Shown here: in pieces, positions 60,504 to 64,000 of the stretch
Layout of the letters: each line of letters begins with the position of its first letter
Position numbering within the stretch: position 1 is the stretch's first letter
Source: Bilabrum cf. latius
Lineage: Eukaryota
DNA: 64,000 nt
Assembly: GCA_965178125.1 (NCBI GenBank)
Contig: OZ237740.1
Coordinates: 310,001-374,000 of the forward strand
Direction of reading: 5' to 3'
Position numbers and translations under genes: made by a program
Notes under the pieces: generated by a model
Seen by the model: the letters and a program-made list of their open reading frames with translations, nothing else
Database searches by the model: none
What the model was told of the DNA's origin: nothing

Positions 60504-62273
60504 TCACTGCGACATAATCTGGAGCAACTGATTACGAGACAACTATTTTCCTCCTGTTAAACCGGCGGCAGTCATACCGGCAGCAGTCATTCCTCGCCCC
60601 TTCTTTCCTTTCCCCATTCCCACCATCTTGGCGACCTGTGTTCCAGTCTATACTACATCACCCACGGTCTTGAGTAATTGTTTAGCTTTTCCACTCTTCA
60701 CATAATCCGCTACTTTCCTCAAAGCGTGCCTAATCTTGCGACCAAGATGCCTCCTCTTGCCACCATGAAGACCACTGATTTGACTCTCGTAAACCGTAGG
60801 AAGTTTCTGGGCGGAAAGCACATCAGCACGACTGATAACACCCTGGGAATAAGAATACTTCGTTCCCTCGGAGAGATTTAAAACGCCTTCATACAGTCCC
60901 ACGATTACCAGCTCTACACCACCTGCGGGGTAGTCCTCCAAGTCGTTGTTCTGAACCTGAGCGGTGATGGAAATCTCGTTGGAACCGTTAGAACCGTTCG
61001 TCTAATCCACATCTAGACTCAAGTCCTTGGCGGGGTCAAGGCAGATGAGCCCACCGCTCAGAACCTTGTCTCCAAACTTTCTCATGACCCACTCTTCATA
61101 CTCCTGTTCCAAGCCGTTTGTTCTGGATAAGTCCCACAGTTGCTCTCGTGATGCGTCCGCGAGGAGACCCGAACGGTTATTCATCTGGACGGAAAGCGAT
61201 TGAATCGCTAGGAATGTGTTCCCCTTGTCCGTAGGAAGAGTGTTGGGCGACCGCCTTGCGAACACGAAAATGCGAGAAGGAACGGAATTGGAAAGCTTGT
61301 TGTTGTTATTTACCAGAGTAGCCGTGGCTCCGCTTGAAATCCCAGCACCATGTGCCTAGACATATTGCGTCATTTCAAAGACATCGTAGGAAACTTGCTT
61401 GGGTAGGGTAAAGCCGACCTTTGGGGTAAGCATTTCAAGCATTAGCCTGGGATTCATTACCTTGACATCCGAGACGCTCACGGAAGCCCCCTGAGGAAGA
61501 AAGTGAGACCAAAGGGTGTTGCGAAGATTGGCAAAGTTCACATCTAACTCAAGGGTTTCCAGACCGAATAAGGCGGGTTGCTCTTCCTTGGTTTCATAGT
61601 GGAAAGGGGGAACCATAATACATTCGGCTACGGTGAACCTCACGGTGCGTTGTGCCGTGCCTGGACCTCCTGCTGCTGCGGCGGGAACTGGGGTATTGTC
61701 TGGGGTGTTTTCCAACTGGAAATACCCGACACCACGTCCTGGACTCTGATACATACCGTCAGAATACGACCGAAGAGGGTTATTGGAAGCAGCGTTCATC
61801 ATTGAATAACTGGGACAATTATCACGGCGATACACGGAATTCAGGCAGTTTACCTTGTGGACTTCGTCGTCAAGACAGTGATTGACTACATCCATGATTT
61901 GAGCGTTATTCTGGGTAAAGCGAACGGAATCAAGCGTTGCGGTTTGGGTGGCAATAGAACGGTTCAAGGGGTATGCCCTGGGGGCGTAAGCGTCTTCTCC
62001 AAATGGAACAACTGTTGCTGCGTTCGTGTTGCTGAAGTCAAGAGTTAGTTCAAAGGTTGCGGACATATACCCACGGCGACTGACACCGACCCCTGAGGGA
62101 ATGGAAAGCGACCAATTCACGCCCGAGGAATAGTCACCGGCAGACCCTGAAGGTGCGTAGGAACGGAAGGTTCGGTTGGCATATCCAGTATCCACGGCGT
62201 AGGGTTTGGCGGTGATGTCAAGGGAGGCGGGTTCAATCTTGACTGGCTCTAAAGCGTGAATATTGAGGCTCAT
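60504..62273 (-). CDS. Virophage 2 major capsid protein, 589 aa
   Basis: Track ORFs 61356-62273, 61002-61265 and 60648-60941 joined by TAG; APRAYPLNR, QLWDLSRTNGL, LDPAKDLSL; Gly-rich tail; TGA stop. Confidence 0.9.
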
Positions 62274-62334
62274 TGTCTGTTATACTATACACTCCGTTTT
62301 AATTTCTGATATTCCTTTCACGAAATATCAAACA

Positions 62335-62404
62335 AATGTTTTCCAATGTTTTCCAATGTTTTCCAATGTTTTCCAATGTTTTCCAATGTTTTCCAATGCT
62401 TTCC
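62335..62404. repeat. 10-bp tandem repeat (AATGTTTTCC)n between penton and MCP
   Basis: About 6-7 consecutive units. Confidence 0.9.
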
Positions 62405-62411
62405 TAAAGGA

Positions 62412-63521
62412 TTACCCGTGTCGGGAAAACTTAAATTTCACCGATGCGGAACCATGCCGAAGATATAGGGGGTGCGTCTCTCCATAGGAATCTTTCCAAT
62501 ACAAATTAAACTGTAGCGTGTCAATACTAGAAGCGTTGAGAAGATCTATGGTGTGTTCTATCTTGGGCTGATACTGGAGAACGGCCTGGTTAATCATCTG
62601 GGAATCATCTAGGACACAATCCATATCCACCAAAACACTTTCCGTGCCTCCTGTAGAACTAATGGACTAATTCGTGGAAAATCCAAAGGGAGTTTTGGCC
62701 GATACCCCCTCGCTTCTCACTGGAAGACTGCTCGTTGTGAAAACGACTCCGCGGAACACCTGGAAATGTGCTAGACTGCCCCTATCCTGGGTCATTTTGA
62801 GTCTGTAAGGGGACTAGGGTATAGTTTCCGTGTATGGGATTGGTGCGAATCCATCATCATCGTTTTCCACCAAATAGTTTGTGCCTAGGGATTTGAATAG
62901 AACGGAGGAAAACACGTCTGGGTTCGTGTCTTGGATTCGCTGGACTGGGAAACCGCTTAAAAGTTCTCCCAATGGTTCATTCAATACCAATCTGTATTTC
63001 TGGGAAGGTTGTCCTTCGTGATAGTTGGAATCCGCGAACAGGGAAAACTTTCCATCGTCATAGGTAAGCGTTGGCGTGGTTGCTACTGCTGACTAGGGAA
63101 ACTTCTCCATGGTCTCATTAAAGAGACTGACAAAGTGTTCTATCGTGTATAAATAATAGTATCTTGTAAATGCCTGGGGGGACTACCAGCTCGGCTACGG
63201 TTCTGCGATTAACTAGGGTTTCCAAATGATGGGTTGCGTTCCAATCATGCTCCCGTCCTCCACGTCTTGGATGCTGATTCTGTAGATGGTTTGGTCTGGA
63301 TTCTTGCTGGAATTTGTGGAAAGGTCTATATCTATGTGGGGAATCCATACGGGAATTGTATTGGTGGATATGGTGAATCGTTGGACGCTCAATTTGTAAT
63401 CCTCCACATTTCCGCTTAAGATTGGCTTTTTCCTCACCTCGTTGTATTGGGCGGGCTGATAGGAGTCTTCATTATTGCGTATATTTGCGTTGATGTAGAA
63501 GTAGTCAGGTTGTCTAGACAT
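62412..63521 (-). CDS. Virophage 2 minor capsid (penton), 369 aa
   Basis: YINANI..PAQYNEVR..PIL..YKLSVQRF..IPVWIP; VVFTTSSLPV; LYWKD..HPLYL..ASVKFKF. Confidence 0.88.
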
Positions 63522-63728
63522 TTACTATACTATAACTTTTTAAGAAAAGAATAAGCAAAAGAGCGGAGCGCGCTTAAGCGCGAGCATCTTGACTAAAAAC
63601 AGTGAACGGGAGGGGTTTTCAACCCTTTGGGAAATGGTCGGAAGTCTTGGGAAATGGATAGGAAACACTTGGGAATTGCTAAAAAACATTCTAAAGATAT
63701 ACTAAGTGGTTTTTCTGAAAAAGTAACT

Positions 63729-64000
63729 ATGGACTACGCCCTAAGTGATACAGATGTAAGGAATTTGTGCGGGAATCCGCCCAGAGTGAAGGGGTTCAAG
63801 GCGTGTGCCGTCTCCATTATACCATATGAGAACTTGGAAAGGGTGGAAAGCATAGATAGAATCGTTTCACCGTCCAAGCCTTGTATTTTGTTGTATTAGG
63901 AAAGTCCTAATTCAGGTCATTGGGTTGCCTTGTTTCGTCGTGGGAAAACCCTGTGTTTCTTTGACCCCTACGGCGTGAAGCCCGATATGTAGCAGACTCT
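63729..64000 (+). CDS. Virophage 2 cysteine protease, partial
   Basis: MDYALSDTD..ILLY*ESPNSGHWVAL..FFDPYGVKPD. Confidence 0.88.

Larger units (their letters stand above)
57315..64000. mobile_element. Endogenous virophage 2 (higher GC), nested in virophage 1; partial
   Basis: Starts GGGGGGGG; composition shift; second MCP, penton and protease. Confidence 0.88.

Noticed and set aside
31544-64000. Viral genes as stop-riddled pseudogenes
   Set aside because: Interruptions are almost only TAG, frames are preserved, and TAG maps to conserved Gln.

Overview
Eukaryotic (protist-like) genomic window in which UAG is read as Gln while UAA and UGA remain stops, so the supplied ORF track fragments most real genes. 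The left half (1-31543, GC-rich) is a tandem array of a divergent two-gene cassette: gene A, with a MACPF-like motif, on the - strand and gene B, beta-propeller-like, on the + strand, each unit carrying a ~70-bp minisatellite. The array is interrupted by two split-direct-repeat (Ngaro/PAT/TOC1-type) tyrosine-recombinase retroelement derivatives loaded with tandem repeats, and by a decayed RLE-type non-LTR retrotransposon. The right half is an AT-rich endogenous virophage inserted into gene B. It encodes Prim-Pol/helicase, PolB, MCP, penton, Cys protease, packaging ATPase, an NTase-like protein, an rve integrase with chromodomain and a DUF285 protein. It is hit by a third split-direct-repeat element in polB, by a 181-bp mini insert with similar termini, and by a second, higher-GC virophage starting at 57315 that runs off the window. 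Both viruses use the host UAG=Gln code, including at conserved catalytic-site Gln positions. All family calls come from motif recognition by eye; no searches were run.
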